A stretch of DNA of 64,000 bases from Dehalococcoidia bacterium (GTDB lineage: Bacteria > Chloroflexota > Dehalococcoidia > Lucifugimonadales > UBA3495), in assembly GCA_965203675.1 (NCBI GenBank), contig CBDBDE010000002.1, positions 1,151,028 to 1,215,027 on the forward strand, in the 5' to 3' direction. Made by a program: the position numbers and the translations under genes. Of the stretch, positions 1 to 9,575 are shown one piece after another (within the stretch, counting starts at the first letter, position 1; each line of letters begins with the position of its first letter). The notes beneath the pieces were generated by a model. It did not search any database, was not told the origin of the DNA, and saw only the letters and a program-made list of their open reading frames with translations.

Positions 1-1229
1 CCCCCCACGCTTACGCGACCAGCAAGTCATTGACCCTTGAGAACTTGGCCGCTTGGGCCAGGCTCAAAGGGCTGGATCTGCTGACCACTGGTGACTTCAC
101 TCATCCTGTCTGGTTTGGGGAACTGCAAGAAAAGCTGAAGCCGGCGGCTGGAGCCGAGGGTCTGTACCAGTTTGGCGGCGTGAAGTTCGTTCTCGGGACC
201 GAGGTCAGTTGTGTTTATGGCCAGGCAGGGCGTCACCGACGCATCCACATCCTCCTGTTGGCCCCCAGCCTCGAGACCGCAGCGGAGTTGACCAGAGCAC
301 TGGCGGTTTACGGGAAACTTGACCTTGATGGGCGGCCCACACTCGGAATATCTGCCCGTGACCTGACGGAGTTAGTCCTGGATGTTGACTCTGAGTGCCT
401 GGTCATCCCTGCTCATGCTTGGACCCCGTGGTACGGGGTGTTCGGATCCAAATCAGGCTTCGACAGCCTTTCCGAGTGCTTCCTCGATATGATTCCTGCC
501 ATCCGGGCCATTGAGACCGGCCTGTCCAGCGATCCAGCCATGAACTGGGGAGTCGAGGAGCTTTCTGACATGGCGATTCTTTCCTTCTCCGACGCCCACT
601 CCCTTCCCAAGCTGGCTAGGGAGGCGACCGCGTTCAACGGCCCTCTCACCTTTTATGGGTTGGCCGATGCCATTGCCCGCAACGACGTGGCGTTCACCGT
701 TGAGTTCTATCCTGAGGAGGGCAAGTACCACTACGACGGCCATCGGAAGTGCGGCGTAAGCCGTGCCCCGAATTTTAGCGATCCTGACTTCGAGACCTGT
801 CCGGTATGCTCCCGCCCTTTAACCCTCGGTGTTCTTCACCGGGTCACTGCTTTGTCGCACGGGAATGCGGAGGTTCGCTTCGGAGAGGACGGGTTCATCC
901 GTTCCCCTGAGGGCAGGCCCCCCTTCATCCGTTTGGTGCCGCTGCAGGAACTGATAGCGCAGGTATTGGGGCGTGGCGTTGGAACTAGAGCGGTGCAGAC
1001 CGCCTATATGCGAACAGTCCAGGAATTGGGCGGCGAGCTGGACATCCTCATCAGCGGCTCCTTTCAGGACCTTCAGATGACCGCTGGAAGCGCTATTGCG
1101 GAGGCGGTGCTGCGTTCAAGGGCCGGTGAAATCCGGGTCAAACCAGGCTACGACGGCGTGTTCGGAGAAATATCCCTTCCGAATCTGGACAGCGCAACGT
1201 CGCCCGATTTCCAGCCAACGCTGCTTTAG
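1..1229 (+). CDS. Endonuclease Q-like PHP-domain protein (TIGR00375-type), 5' end cut by window edge
   Basis: The frame is open back to position 3 (HAYATSKSLTLENL...), so the N-terminus lies upstream. PHP-type motifs are present: GDFTHP, RRIHILLLAP, VIPAHAWTPWYG, FSDAHS. The segment EGKYHYDGHRKCG...CPVCSRPLTLGVLHRV is a zinc-finger region typical of EndoQ-like proteins. Confidence 0.6.
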   Translation, partial: PHAYATSKSLTLENLAAWARLKGLDLLTTGDFTHPVWFGELQEKLKPAAGAEGLYQFGGVKFVLGTEVSCVYGQAGRHRRIHILLLAPSLETAAELTRALAVYGKLDLDGRPTLGISARDLTELVLDVDSECLVIPAHAWTPWYGVFGSKSGFDSLSECFLDMIPAIRAIETGLSSDPAMNWGVEELSDMAILSFSDAHSLPKLAREATAFNGPLTFYGLADAIARNDVAFTVEFYPEEGKYHYDGHRKCGVSRAPNFSDPDFETCPVCSRPLTLGVLHRVTALSHGNAEVRFGEDGFIRSPEGRPPFIRLVPLQELIAQVLGRGVGTRAVQTAYMRTVQELGGELDILISGSFQDLQMTAGSAIAEAVLRSRAGEIRVKPGYDGVFGEISLPNLDSATSPDFQPTLL

Positions 1230-1378
1230 CCCTTGCCGCTCCTCAGGTGGTCCGGATCGGCACCACGGCACTATGCTACAATTGGGCTTCCATTCAGCCC
1301 CATCCTTTTGGTCGTTCCCGATTCTTCCCGTCGTTCAATGAAGGGACCTCGGCCTTCAGTGAATTTACTGATAGCACT

Positions 1379-2029
1379 ATGGACATTGCCCTGAGGCGTA
1401 TGCGTGCCGAAGATGTCTCCCAGGTCGTAGAAATCGAAAGGGAAGCTTTCGCGCCGCTGTCCCTCGGCACTTCCTTCAAGCGGGACCTGAACAACCGTTA
1501 CGTTCGTTACCTGGTTGCCCACTGGCCGGACAACTCCCCTGCACCTCCCGAAGAACCGGAAGTGCCGCCGGATAGCCCGTCCCAATCGTCTCTCTGGGGC
1601 AGGGTAGTCAGGACCGTTCAGGGAGTGGTCAGGCGGGATGAATCCCCTGCCCCCGGGGAAGACATCGTCGGCTACGTGGGCATGTGGTTCCAGGGCAACG
1701 AAGCCCACATTACCGAGATTGCTGTCCGGCACGACCTACGCGGGAACGGCCTTGGAGAGTTGCTCCTGATCGGTTCGATCCGCGCCGCGGTCGAAAATGG
1801 ATCCTCCGTTGTGACTCTCGAAGTACGGGTATCCAACTTCATAGCCCAGCGGTTGTACGAAAAATACGGGTTCAAAACTGCGGGCGTGCGGAAGGGCTAT
1901 TATACGAACAATCGGGAAGACGCTTTGATAATGACCACCAGCCCGTTGCACACTGACGACTACCAAAAGTTGTTCGCGTCTCTGCAAAACGCCTTCACCT
2001 CCCGCTACGGTAAGATCACTGTCCTGTAA
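1379..2029 (+). CDS. rimI: GNAT N-acetyltransferase, RimI-like (ribosomal-protein-alanine acetyltransferase)
   Basis: Motifs: VEIEREAF, ITEIAVRHDLRGNGLGELLL (acetyl-CoA loop), RLYEKYGF. I chose ATG 1379 (MDIALRRMRAED) over the long upstream extension in the ORF track. The protein carries a Pro/Ser-rich insert. Confidence 0.7.
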   Translation: MDIALRRMRAEDVSQVVEIEREAFAPLSLGTSFKRDLNNRYVRYLVAHWPDNSPAPPEEPEVPPDSPSQSSLWGRVVRTVQGVVRRDESPAPGEDIVGYVGMWFQGNEAHITEIAVRHDLRGNGLGELLLIGSIRAAVENGSSVVTLEVRVSNFIAQRLYEKYGFKTAGVRKGYYTNNREDALIMTTSPLHTDDYQKLFASLQNAFTSRYGKITVL

Positions 2030-2180
2030 CAACGGCCGCCATTACACTCCAGATAATGCCAGTGCTGCTTTGCCCGCAAAATGTCTGGGATTGGTGAGGA
2101 TGCTGCCTGCGGTTCGGTTTGGTTGACCGCCTCAAGGGCCGTTGTTAGAATGGGCGGGTTGTTTTCTCCTTGGGGATCGC

Positions 2181-2792
2181 ATGATTGTTATCGGCTTGAC
2201 TGGTGGAATCGGCACTGGAAAAAGCGAGGTGGCCTGCATCCTGGAAGAACTTGGGGCGGTAATTATAGACGCCGACCAGGTGGGTCATGAGGCGTATACT
2301 CCCCATTCCGCAACCTGGTCGGAAGTAGTCGCCGCGTTTGGCCCCGACATCCTTGGAGACAACCAGGAGATTGACCGCCGGAAGTTGGGTTCCATCGTTT
2401 TCTCTGACCCGGCACAGTTGGAACGGCTCAACGGGATTATGCACCCACAGATGGCCCGCATGGTGTCCGATAAAATTGGATATTTCCGCTCTAACGGAAA
2501 GCGTGTGGTCGTGGTAGAAGCAGCCGTTCTCTTTGAGGCCGGTTGGGATGTTCTTGTCGACGAAGTTTGGTCAACCACGGCGCCGGAAGACACTGTCGTT
2601 GCCCGGCTGATGTCCCGGAACGGGATGGCCGAGCAGGAAGCCCGCAATCGGATCAACTCCCAGATGCCCGCTAGTGAGAGGGCCAGAAGGTCCCAGGCAA
2701 TAGTTGATAATTCAGGGGATATCGACCACCTCGAAGCGGTGGTCCGGAGCCTTTGGCATACCAGAGTCGAAGAAAAAGTTGGGAATGAATAA
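2181..2792 (+). CDS. coaE: Dephospho-CoA kinase
   Basis: [18 protein letters not shown]-loop and IDADQVGHE. Length is about 200 aa. ATG 2181 is in frame with ORF 2142..2792. Confidence 0.85.
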   Translation: MIVIGLTGGIGTGKSEVACILEELGAVIIDADQVGHEAYTPHSATWSEVVAAFGPDILGDNQEIDRRKLGSIVFSDPAQLERLNGIMHPQMARMVSDKIGYFRSNGKRVVVVEAAVLFEAGWDVLVDEVWSTTAPEDTVVARLMSRNGMAEQEARNRINSQMPASERARRSQAIVDNSGDIDHLEAVVRSLWHTRVEEKVGNE

Positions 2793-3688
2793 TGGTTGAT
2801 ACGGCTGAGCCTCATTTCAAAGAATACGCAATCGAAGAGTTCCTGGTCCGCAGCGAACCTTATTACCGCCCGGTCGGCGACGAAATGGACCTGTTTGAGG
2901 CTGCTTATCAGCAGCACATTCCGGTTCTCCTCAAGGGTCCTACCGGCTGCGGTAAGACCAGGTTCGTAGAATACATGGCGTGGAAGCTTGGCCGGCCGTT
3001 GACCGTCATTAAGCCTGAAGAAAATGTCCAACCCATGAGTGAGGGCGAGGTTCGGGTGCCCCTCGTTACCATCGCCTGCCACGAGGACTTGACCGCCAGC
3101 GACCTCGTCGGACGGTACCTCTTGGACTCAGAGGGAACTCGTTGGATCGATGGCCCCATGACCCGCGCGGTGAAGGCAGGGGCGATCCTGTACCTTGACG
3201 AAGTGGTTGAGGCCCGCAAGGACACCACGGTGTTGATTCACCCCCTGACCGACCACCGTCGTATCCTTCCCGTGGAGAAGACCGGCTCCATCATTGAAGC
3301 CGATGACCGGTTCCTGCTTTGCATTTCCTACAATCCGCACTACCAGAGCGCGTTGAAGGATTTGAAACACAGCACCCGCCAGCGGTTCATTTCAGTCGAG
3401 TTCGACTATCCTCCGGCCGATGTGGAAGCCGAAATCGTTCAGCGGGAAAGCGGGTGTTCAGAGGAGCAGGCTGCCTCCTTGGCCAAGCTTGGGGAAAAAG
3501 TGAGGAACCTCCGGGAGCATGGGTTGGCGGAAGGGGCGAGCACACGACTGCTTATCTACGCTGGACGCTTGATGACCGAAGGTATTCCGGCCCGCCGCGC
3601 ATGTCAGGTAGCCATCGTCTGGACGTTGACTGACGAACTCGAGCTGCAACGCAGCATCGAAGAGGTCGTTTCGTCCATCTTCGAATAG
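2792..3688 (+). CDS. CbbQ/NirQ/NorQ-family (MoxR-class) AAA+ ATPase
   Basis: Walker A GPTGCGKT, Walker B ILYLDEV, and [16 protein letters not shown] typical of the CbbQ/NorQ family. The ATG shares one base with the coaE TAA stop (TAATG). Confidence 0.8.
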   Translation: MVDTAEPHFKEYAIEEFLVRSEPYYRPVGDEMDLFEAAYQQHIPVLLKGPTGCGKTRFVEYMAWKLGRPLTVIKPEENVQPMSEGEVRVPLVTIACHEDLTASDLVGRYLLDSEGTRWIDGPMTRAVKAGAILYLDEVVEARKDTTVLIHPLTDHRRILPVEKTGSIIEADDRFLLCISYNPHYQSALKDLKHSTRQRFISVEFDYPPADVEAEIVQRESGCSEEQAASLAKLGEKVRNLREHGLAEGASTRLLIYAGRLMTEGIPARRACQVAIVWTLTDELELQRSIEEVVSSIFE

Positions 3689-3696
3689 GGGTTTCG

Positions 3697-4272
3697 ATGG
3701 CCCTTTCTGCGCTGGACACCGTAGCGCAAACCTTGGAGGGACGGGTTAACCGCATCGTTTCCGATCCTTCCCTGATGCCAGCCGCGGTGATGATCCTGCT
3801 ATATCCGAAGGATGGAGAGTTCTGTGTCCTTCTGAACAAGCGGTCCCAAGAAGTCGAGCACCACAAGGGAGAGATTTCCTTCCCGGGAGGGGCCAGAGAC
3901 CCTGGGGACGCCGACTTCGTGGATACCGCCCTCCGTGAAACTGAGGAAGAAATGGGGATCGCCCGTGGCGACATTACGTTATTGGGGAGACTGGACGATA
4001 TCGTGACCCGGACTGATTTCTCGGTCGCCGTATTCGTCGGAACTATCCCATACCCTTATGGCTTCAACCCAAGCCCAATAGAAATCGCTGACGTCCTCGA
4101 AGTGCCGGTGTCCGCATTGCTTAATCCCGCCAACCACCGTTACGAAACGAGACTGGCTGGCGGGCAACTCGAAACGGTGGTTTCCTACACCCACGAAGAA
4201 CACCTCGTTTTTGGGGCGACCGCCAGAATCCTCGATCAGTTTCTGGAAACTGTAGGGGAAGGACTCACTTAA
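3697..4272 (+). CDS. Nudix hydrolase, CoA pyrophosphatase type
   Basis: Nudix box GEISFPGGARDPGDADFVDTALRETEEEMGI. It is preceded by LLNKRSQEVEHHKGEISFPGG, which closely matches the CoA-Nudix signature. Confidence 0.75.
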   Translation: MALSALDTVAQTLEGRVNRIVSDPSLMPAAVMILLYPKDGEFCVLLNKRSQEVEHHKGEISFPGGARDPGDADFVDTALRETEEEMGIARGDITLLGRLDDIVTRTDFSVAVFVGTIPYPYGFNPSPIEIADVLEVPVSALLNPANHRYETRLAGGQLETVVSYTHEEHLVFGATARILDQFLETVGEGLT

Positions 4273-4286
4273 GGAGGGAACCTGTT

Positions 4287-7200
4287 TTGAGCAACGATCC
4301 TCTTTTTGAAATAGAGTCGGAACTGGGCAAACTCCCTCCAGCTGTCACGGAGGCATACCGCGAGGTATCGGCCGACATGGGGGAGTCCTTCAACGACGAG
4401 GAACTGACCCTGTGGGCTAAGGAAGGATCAACCATCGGCGCCCACACCGTAAGGTCTTGGGAATCGGCGGTTGAATACTACCGGGTAAGCCCCAGCGTGG
4501 CCCGGGCGCTGGCATTCCCATCTTTCATGCAATGGGCCCGCTGTGGCACCTACCTCGCCCAGGATTCTCCTTCCCTTGCAGTTTCCTTCTTTCGGGCCAG
4601 TCCGTCCATCGTAGGGAATCTCCGGCCGCAATACATACCCCGCTGGGCCGGGTTGGGCCGCAGTTTGTACAAGGGGACCTGGAAATCCAGTACCCTGGCA
4701 TCCAAGTTCTTCGAAGTGAGCCCCGACCTCATCCGGAGTTTGCCCTTCTGGGACGTGGAAGTTTTCGCTTCCCTGATCGAGGCCCTGTCCTACAAGTCTT
4801 ACGATGTCGCCATGGAGTGCCTTTCCCTGGGGCGCGATGTGCTGCCGGGAATGGGCCGGGAACGGGAGGCGTTCCTGTCCATGTGCCGCGCTCTGTCGGA
4901 GGGGAGTTGGCGGGAAGTCAAGAGTTGCCTTGAAGTGGTCCCCCGCGCTCTCCAGCAGGTGGATGATGGCCAGACCGGTCGCTTTTTAAAGCTGGGCGAG
5001 CGAATGGCCAAGGTTGGCTTGCGGGAAACATCCCGCTTTCTAGCTGACGGGACCCAGGCTCTTGCTTCCGTTCCTCAGGGCTCCCAGGCTCACATTCTCG
5101 ACCTTTCCGAGGGATTGCTGGCCATATCCCCGGACGCGGTTCCACCGTTCCTGCGGAGTCTGAACGGCGTTCTGAACCGCATCACGATGAACCAATTGGA
5201 TGTCTGGTTCCAACACGGTGTTGACCTCGTCAAGGAAAACCCGGAGAGCGGGATAGCCTTCTTCAAAGTCGAATCCAACACCTCTGAAGGTTTGCTGGAA
5301 ACTCTGTCTTCCAGCCTGGAACTGGACCGCGTTAAGGGTGTAGTCAAGCTTTATTGCAGCGCCCTGGCTGGCTCCACGATGGAGGTGATGAACACCCAGG
5401 AACTGGTGAACAAGAACATCGGCTGGGTGGACGAAGACACGGCTTCCACCGATGGAACTAAGGTCTTTCTGCCTCCGGTTGTGGACCACTATCCAAATAA
5501 GGACGAGAACTTCTCTTGGTTCAAGGTCGTCGCCACTCACCAGGTCGGGCATCTGGAATTCGGCAGCTTCGAGTTCAAGTTCGACAAGCCCGCCGGCCAG
5601 TTCGAGGAACAGCGCAGGCCGGAGTTGGAACGTAGGCGGGCGGAACAAATGGCCGCCTTGATGCAGGAATTGGCCGATTCACCCGAATTCGATACCTCGA
5701 CCCATGCCTACACCGATATTGGGCGCTTCCTCAACCTGTTCGATGACAAAAAACTGGCTTTCGACCTGTTCACCGTTCTGGAAGACTGCCGGCTGGACTT
5801 CCGTATCAAGGTTGAATATCCCGGAATAAGGCGGGCGTCGGAGCGTGTCCAGATTGAAGCCAGGTCCGGGCGTCCTGACATCCGTGAGCTTCCCATGCAA
5901 GAGGCAATGGTAGAACTGCTGATCCACATGTCCCTGGAACAGTTCACTGACCTTCCCGTGCCGGTCCAGCTCCAGGAGGAAGCCGAAATGCTGGCCCGTA
6001 TCCTGCATACATTGCGGGTGGCGGAAGCCTCGGTCGAAGACACCACCGAAGCGACCCTGCGGGCCTACGAGATCATTTCGAAGCTGGCCAATCAGCAGGA
6101 GCCGGAAGACCAGTTCGAGCCTCAGGACCTGGACGACCCCGGCGAATTCTCTGAGGAGGAGTACGAATCCCTCCTGGATAAGCTGCGGTCGGGTCAGCAG
6201 GAATCTGACGGAGAAAGCGGCGAGGGAGACCCGTACCAGTCCCCGGAGCCGGTGGATTACCGTGGTGACTTCAAGCCGGAAATGGTCCAACTTCTTACCA
6301 AACTCCAGAGCGAACAGGGGCAGAACGCGGAGGGAGAGCCCCTGTCCCAGGAAGAGTTGGAGCAATTGCTCCAGGACAGCGCGGAGTTGGAGCTGGACGC
6401 CGAGCAGGGCGACATCAACAACAGCACCACTACCTTTGCCCAGAACATCATGAAGGAGGCCGGGATGCCTCCCCCTGACTCTAATCCGGGTCAGGGTTAC
6501 GGCCCCCTTTTGAACGACGACGAGCAGGGCGGGGAACTCGAAGCCAGGGAACCGAAGACCTATGTTTACGACGAGTGGGACTTCCGCGCCGGTGACTACA
6601 AGCCCCGTTGGTGTATCGTCAAGGAGAAGACCCTTGACGAGGGAGACACTACCTTCTACAACGACTCTCTGCGCAGCTACAACTCGTTGCTGAACCATGT
6701 CAAGCGGCAGTTTGAGTTGATAATGCCGGAGACCTTCCGCAAGACTTACCGCTTGATCGACGGCGAGGACATCGACTTGAACGCCGCGCTGGAAGCTTGG
6801 TGCGACCTGCGGATGAACGTCCCACCCGACGAGAAGATTTACTGGCGCCGCAACAAGATTCTCCGCGATGTGGCGGTGGTATTCCTGCTGGACATGAGCG
6901 CCTCCACCGCCGAAGCCATCGACGAAGGACGGCACACCGTAGATGACCGGGACGCTCCCGACGATCCGGTGGAGTACATGGTCTGGCTTCGCCGGCGCCG
7001 GGAAGGGCTGGTGCGCCGGCACTACAAGCGCATCATTGACTTGGAGAAGGAGAGCACCGCGCTCCTGATTCAGGCCCTGGAATCCATCGGTGATACCTAC
7101 GGCATCTACGGCTTCTCCGGCTACGGCCGCGAGAACGTGGAATTCTACGTCATCAAGGACATCAACGAACAGTTCAACGAGAAGATCAAGCGGCGGATCG

Positions 7201-7553
7201 ACAAGATTACTCCCCTACATGCCACCCGGATGGGTTCAGCCATCCGACACGCCATCACCAAGCTGGAAAACCAGGACGCGACAACCAAGATAATGTTCCT
7301 GATCAGCGACGGGCGGCCCCAGGACCGGGGATACAGCCGGGAGGGTGTGGAAAAAGAATACGCCGTCCACGACACTCACATGGCCCTATTGGAAGCCAAG
7401 CGCAAGGAAATCACGCCCTTCTGCCTGACCGTGGACAAAGCCGGCCACGATTACCTCAAGCAGATGTGTGGAGATATGGGTTATGAGGTCTTGGGCGATA
7501 TATGGGCCCTGCCCGAGCGTCTCCCCATGCTATACCGGAAGCTGACTTTGTAA
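4287..7553 (+). CDS. Large vWA-domain protein, CbbO/NorD-like partner of the AAA+ ATPase (1088 aa)
   Basis: C-terminal vWA domain with MIDAS DMSAS (VVFLLDMSASTAE), GFSGYGRENVEFYVIKD, LHATRMGSAIRHA and FLISDGRPQD. AAGGAGG lies 8 nt upstream of TTG 4287. There is a long helical N-terminal region and an acidic linker. Confidence 0.7.
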   Translation: MSNDPLFEIESELGKLPPAVTEAYREVSADMGESFNDEELTLWAKEGSTIGAHTVRSWESAVEYYRVSPSVARALAFPSFMQWARCGTYLAQDSPSLAVSFFRASPSIVGNLRPQYIPRWAGLGRSLYKGTWKSSTLASKFFEVSPDLIRSLPFWDVEVFASLIEALSYKSYDVAMECLSLGRDVLPGMGREREAFLSMCRALSEGSWREVKSCLEVVPRALQQVDDGQTGRFLKLGERMAKVGLRETSRFLADGTQALASVPQGSQAHILDLSEGLLAISPDAVPPFLRSLNGVLNRITMNQLDVWFQHGVDLVKENPESGIAFFKVESNTSEGLLETLSSSLELDRVKGVVKLYCSALAGSTMEVMNTQELVNKNIGWVDEDTASTDGTKVFLPPVVDHYPNKDENFSWFKVVATHQVGHLEFGSFEFKFDKPAGQFEEQRRPELERRRAEQMAALMQELADSPEFDTSTHAYTDIGRFLNLFDDKKLAFDLFTVLEDCRLDFRIKVEYPGIRRASERVQIEARSGRPDIRELPMQEAMVELLIHMSLEQFTDLPVPVQLQEEAEMLARILHTLRVAEASVEDTTEATLRAYEIISKLANQQEPEDQFEPQDLDDPGEFSEEEYESLLDKLRSGQQESDGESGEGDPYQSPEPVDYRGDFKPEMVQLLTKLQSEQGQNAEGEPLSQEELEQLLQDSAELELDAEQGDINNSTTTFAQNIMKEAGMPPPDSNPGQGYGPLLNDDEQGGELEAREPKTYVYDEWDFRAGDYKPRWCIVKEKTLDEGDTTFYNDSLRSYNSLLNHVKRQFELIMPETFRKTYRLIDGEDIDLNAALEAWCDLRMNVPPDEKIYWRRNKILRDVAVVFLLDMSASTAEAIDEGRHTVDDRDAPDDPVEYMVWLRRRREGLVRRHYKRIIDLEKESTALLIQALESIGDTYGIYGFSGYGRENVEFYVIKDINEQFNEKIKRRIDKITPLHATRMGSAIRHAITKLENQDATTKIMFLISDGRPQDRGYSREGVEKEYAVHDTHMALLEAKRKEITPFCLTVDKAGHDYLKQMCGDMGYEVLGDIWALPERLPMLYRKLTL

Positions 7554-7570
7554 GGTCCCGTCCAACTCCG

Positions 7571-7613
7571 GGAAAAAGGAAAGGCGGACACAGCGTCCGC
7601 CTTTCCTTTTTGC
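7571..7613. terminator. Bidirectional intrinsic terminator between convergent genes
   Basis: GGAAAAAGGAAAGGCGGAC-ACAGC-GTCCGCCTTTCCTTTTTGC. This is a perfect GC-rich stem flanked by an A-run and a T-run, between the vWA gene (+) and cinA (-). Confidence 0.65.
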
Positions 7614-7641
7614 AGCCCTGCGGATACGATGAAGATCGGTG

Positions 7642-8889
7642 TTAGGCTCTTGAGGGCTCCTCTCCACTCGTGATCAGCTTGCGGAGTTCCGTTAGGGCGG
7701 TGTTGGAGCCGCGTCGCTTGATAGTGATGCGCCGAGGAGGTACCCGCATCGCCAGTTCCTTGACGCCGTCGGGGCCCGCGATTGCGATGAAAATCTGTCC
7801 TGCCGGGTGTCCGTTTTCTCCCTCTGGGCTGGATACCCCGGCGATGCCGATGCCGTAGTCGGCTTCCAACCTTTCCCGGGCCGCGGATGCCATCGCCGCC
7901 GCTGCCTTCTCACTTGCCAGGCCGTATTGCTCCACAACCTGGGCCGGGACTCCGTTTTCCATTGCTTGCCGTGGGCTGAAGGCCACCACGCCCCCTCGAA
8001 AGTATTGGGAAGCCTGGGGCACCTCGGTGATGCTGTTTGCCAGGAATCCGCCGGTGCAGGTTTCCATTGTGGCCAGGGTCAACCCCTTCCCTGAAAGCGC
8101 CTGTCCCACCGACTGCTCGGGAGTCTCGTCATCATAGCCCCAGATGTACTCTCCCAGTCGTTCCTCGATGGCGGCTTCGACCGGCTGGATCATTGACCTG
8201 GCTTCCCCTTCGCTGGCGGCCCGGGCAATGATCCTCAGGTGGATTCCATCGGCCTTGGAGTAGATTCCGAGGTAGGGATTTTCCTGGCCGAAGTATTCGT
8301 CCATTACCTCGTCAATGGCAGCTTCGGACATCCCCAATGTCTTGACGTTGCGGGTGATGGTTACCTCGTCATCAACTAATTCCCGCAGCCGGGGCGCGAT
8401 CTGGTTTTCCCACATGGGATGCATTTCCCCCGGAGGCCCCGGCATGGACACAATGATCTTCCCATCCTTTTCCGCCCACCATCCGGGGGCCGTTCCATTG
8501 GGGTTGGGGATGAACTCGGCGGAGGGTATAAGGTGGGCCTGCTTGATGTTGTGGGCGGGCATGGCCATGCCCCGCCCCTCGAAATACCGTTCCAGCCGCT
8601 CCACTACCTCCGGCTGAACCACCGGGGCCTCCCCAAAGGCCTTGGCCACCGCCTCCCGTGTCAGATCGTCTTGGGTCGGACCGAGTCCTCCCGTGGTAAA
8701 CATAACGTCCGACCGGGACATCCCCCGGGCGAAAGCCTCGGAGATCATGTCCAGGTTGTCCCCCACAATCGTAATCCATTGGAGTTGTATGCCTAGGGGA
8801 GGGAGTTGAGCTGCAATCCAGGAGCCGTTCGTATCCGTCAACTCGCCCATCAGTAACTCCGTGCCGATGGAGAAAATCTCTGCCTTCAC
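7642..8889 (-). CDS. cinA: CinA family protein (competence/damage-inducible; NMN amidohydrolase domain)
   Basis: MKAEIFSIGTELLMGELTDTNGSWIA, FTTGGLGPTQDDLTREAVA, and a C-terminal PncC-like region TCTGGFLANSITEVPQAS. Confidence 0.85.
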   Translation of the reverse strand: MKAEIFSIGTELLMGELTDTNGSWIAAQLPPLGIQLQWITIVGDNLDMISEAFARGMSRSDVMFTTGGLGPTQDDLTREAVAKAFGEAPVVQPEVVERLERYFEGRGMAMPAHNIKQAHLIPSAEFIPNPNGTAPGWWAEKDGKIIVSMPGPPGEMHPMWENQIAPRLRELVDDEVTITRNVKTLGMSEAAIDEVMDEYFGQENPYLGIYSKADGIHLRIIARAASEGEARSMIQPVEAAIEERLGEYIWGYDDETPEQSVGQALSGKGLTLATMETCTGGFLANSITEVPQASQYFRGGVVAFSPRQAMENGVPAQVVEQYGLASEKAAAAMASAARERLEADYGIGIAGVSSPEGENGHPAGQIFIAIAGPDGVKELAMRVPPRRITIKRRGSNTALTELRKLITSGEEPSRA

Positions 8890-9011
8890 AATAATCTCCC
8901 ATTAGAAACGTGGTGGCTTTCTGGGACCTGTCGAACGGCGTCCCGAGTCTGCCAGAAAACCGTGCTATGGCCCGGCTCGAGCAATCTGAGGAAGTGATCT
9001 GAGGGGGCTGC

Positions 9012-9572
9012 CTATCCCGCGTCCGTCTCCTCCTCCCCTTCTTCAGGAGGATAGGGTGGTTCAAGGGCAAGCCGGTTGATTACCTCGGCCCAGATCTGGG
9101 GAACAGTGAAAAGCTTGGGGTTCCCCACCAATCGCGTGTATTGGTTCTCGCCATCAGGAGTCGTGTTCCCCATGTGGAACTCGTAGACTAGCCCGCTCCG
9201 TTCGGTAACTTTGATTGCGCTCAAAGGAGGGTCCAGGCCGTACTTGGCCGGATCGTCAATGGTGTCCCGGAGCAGCCGGTTCACCCGGGGTCCGCTCAAC
9301 AGCAACGGGGTGCCGCTCCATTTCTCCTGGAAGACCGCCGTTTCTCCGTCGGGGTCCTGGATGTACCAGGTCGTGCCGCCTGGCTTCTTATCATAATTGA
9401 CTGTCTTTCCAGCGTGGGAAACCTCAATGTGAACGATAGAGCCGTCGTCCAGACGGTAGAGCCATGGTTGATTGGGCACCCTGTCCTTCTCGGTATTGAA
9501 CTGGAACCAGAGGAAAGCGCCACCGAACAGGATTAGCATGAACACCAGCAGAATGGTCAGGCGGATGTTCAT
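9012..9572 (-). CDS. DUF4340-like membrane-anchored protein (last gene of the ABC-2/GldG operon)
   Basis: It has one N-terminal TM helix (ILLVFMLILFGGAFLWF). Its position directly after a GldG-like gene is the usual DUF4340 context. Confidence 0.5.
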   Translation of the reverse strand: MNIRLTILLVFMLILFGGAFLWFQFNTEKDRVPNQPWLYRLDDGSIVHIEVSHAGKTVNYDKKPGGTTWYIQDPDGETAVFQEKWSGTPLLLSGPRVNRLLRDTIDDPAKYGLDPPLSAIKVTERSGLVYEFHMGNTTPDGENQYTRLVGNPKLFTVPQIWAEVINRLALEPPYPPEEGEEETDAG

Positions 9573-9575
9573 GAT

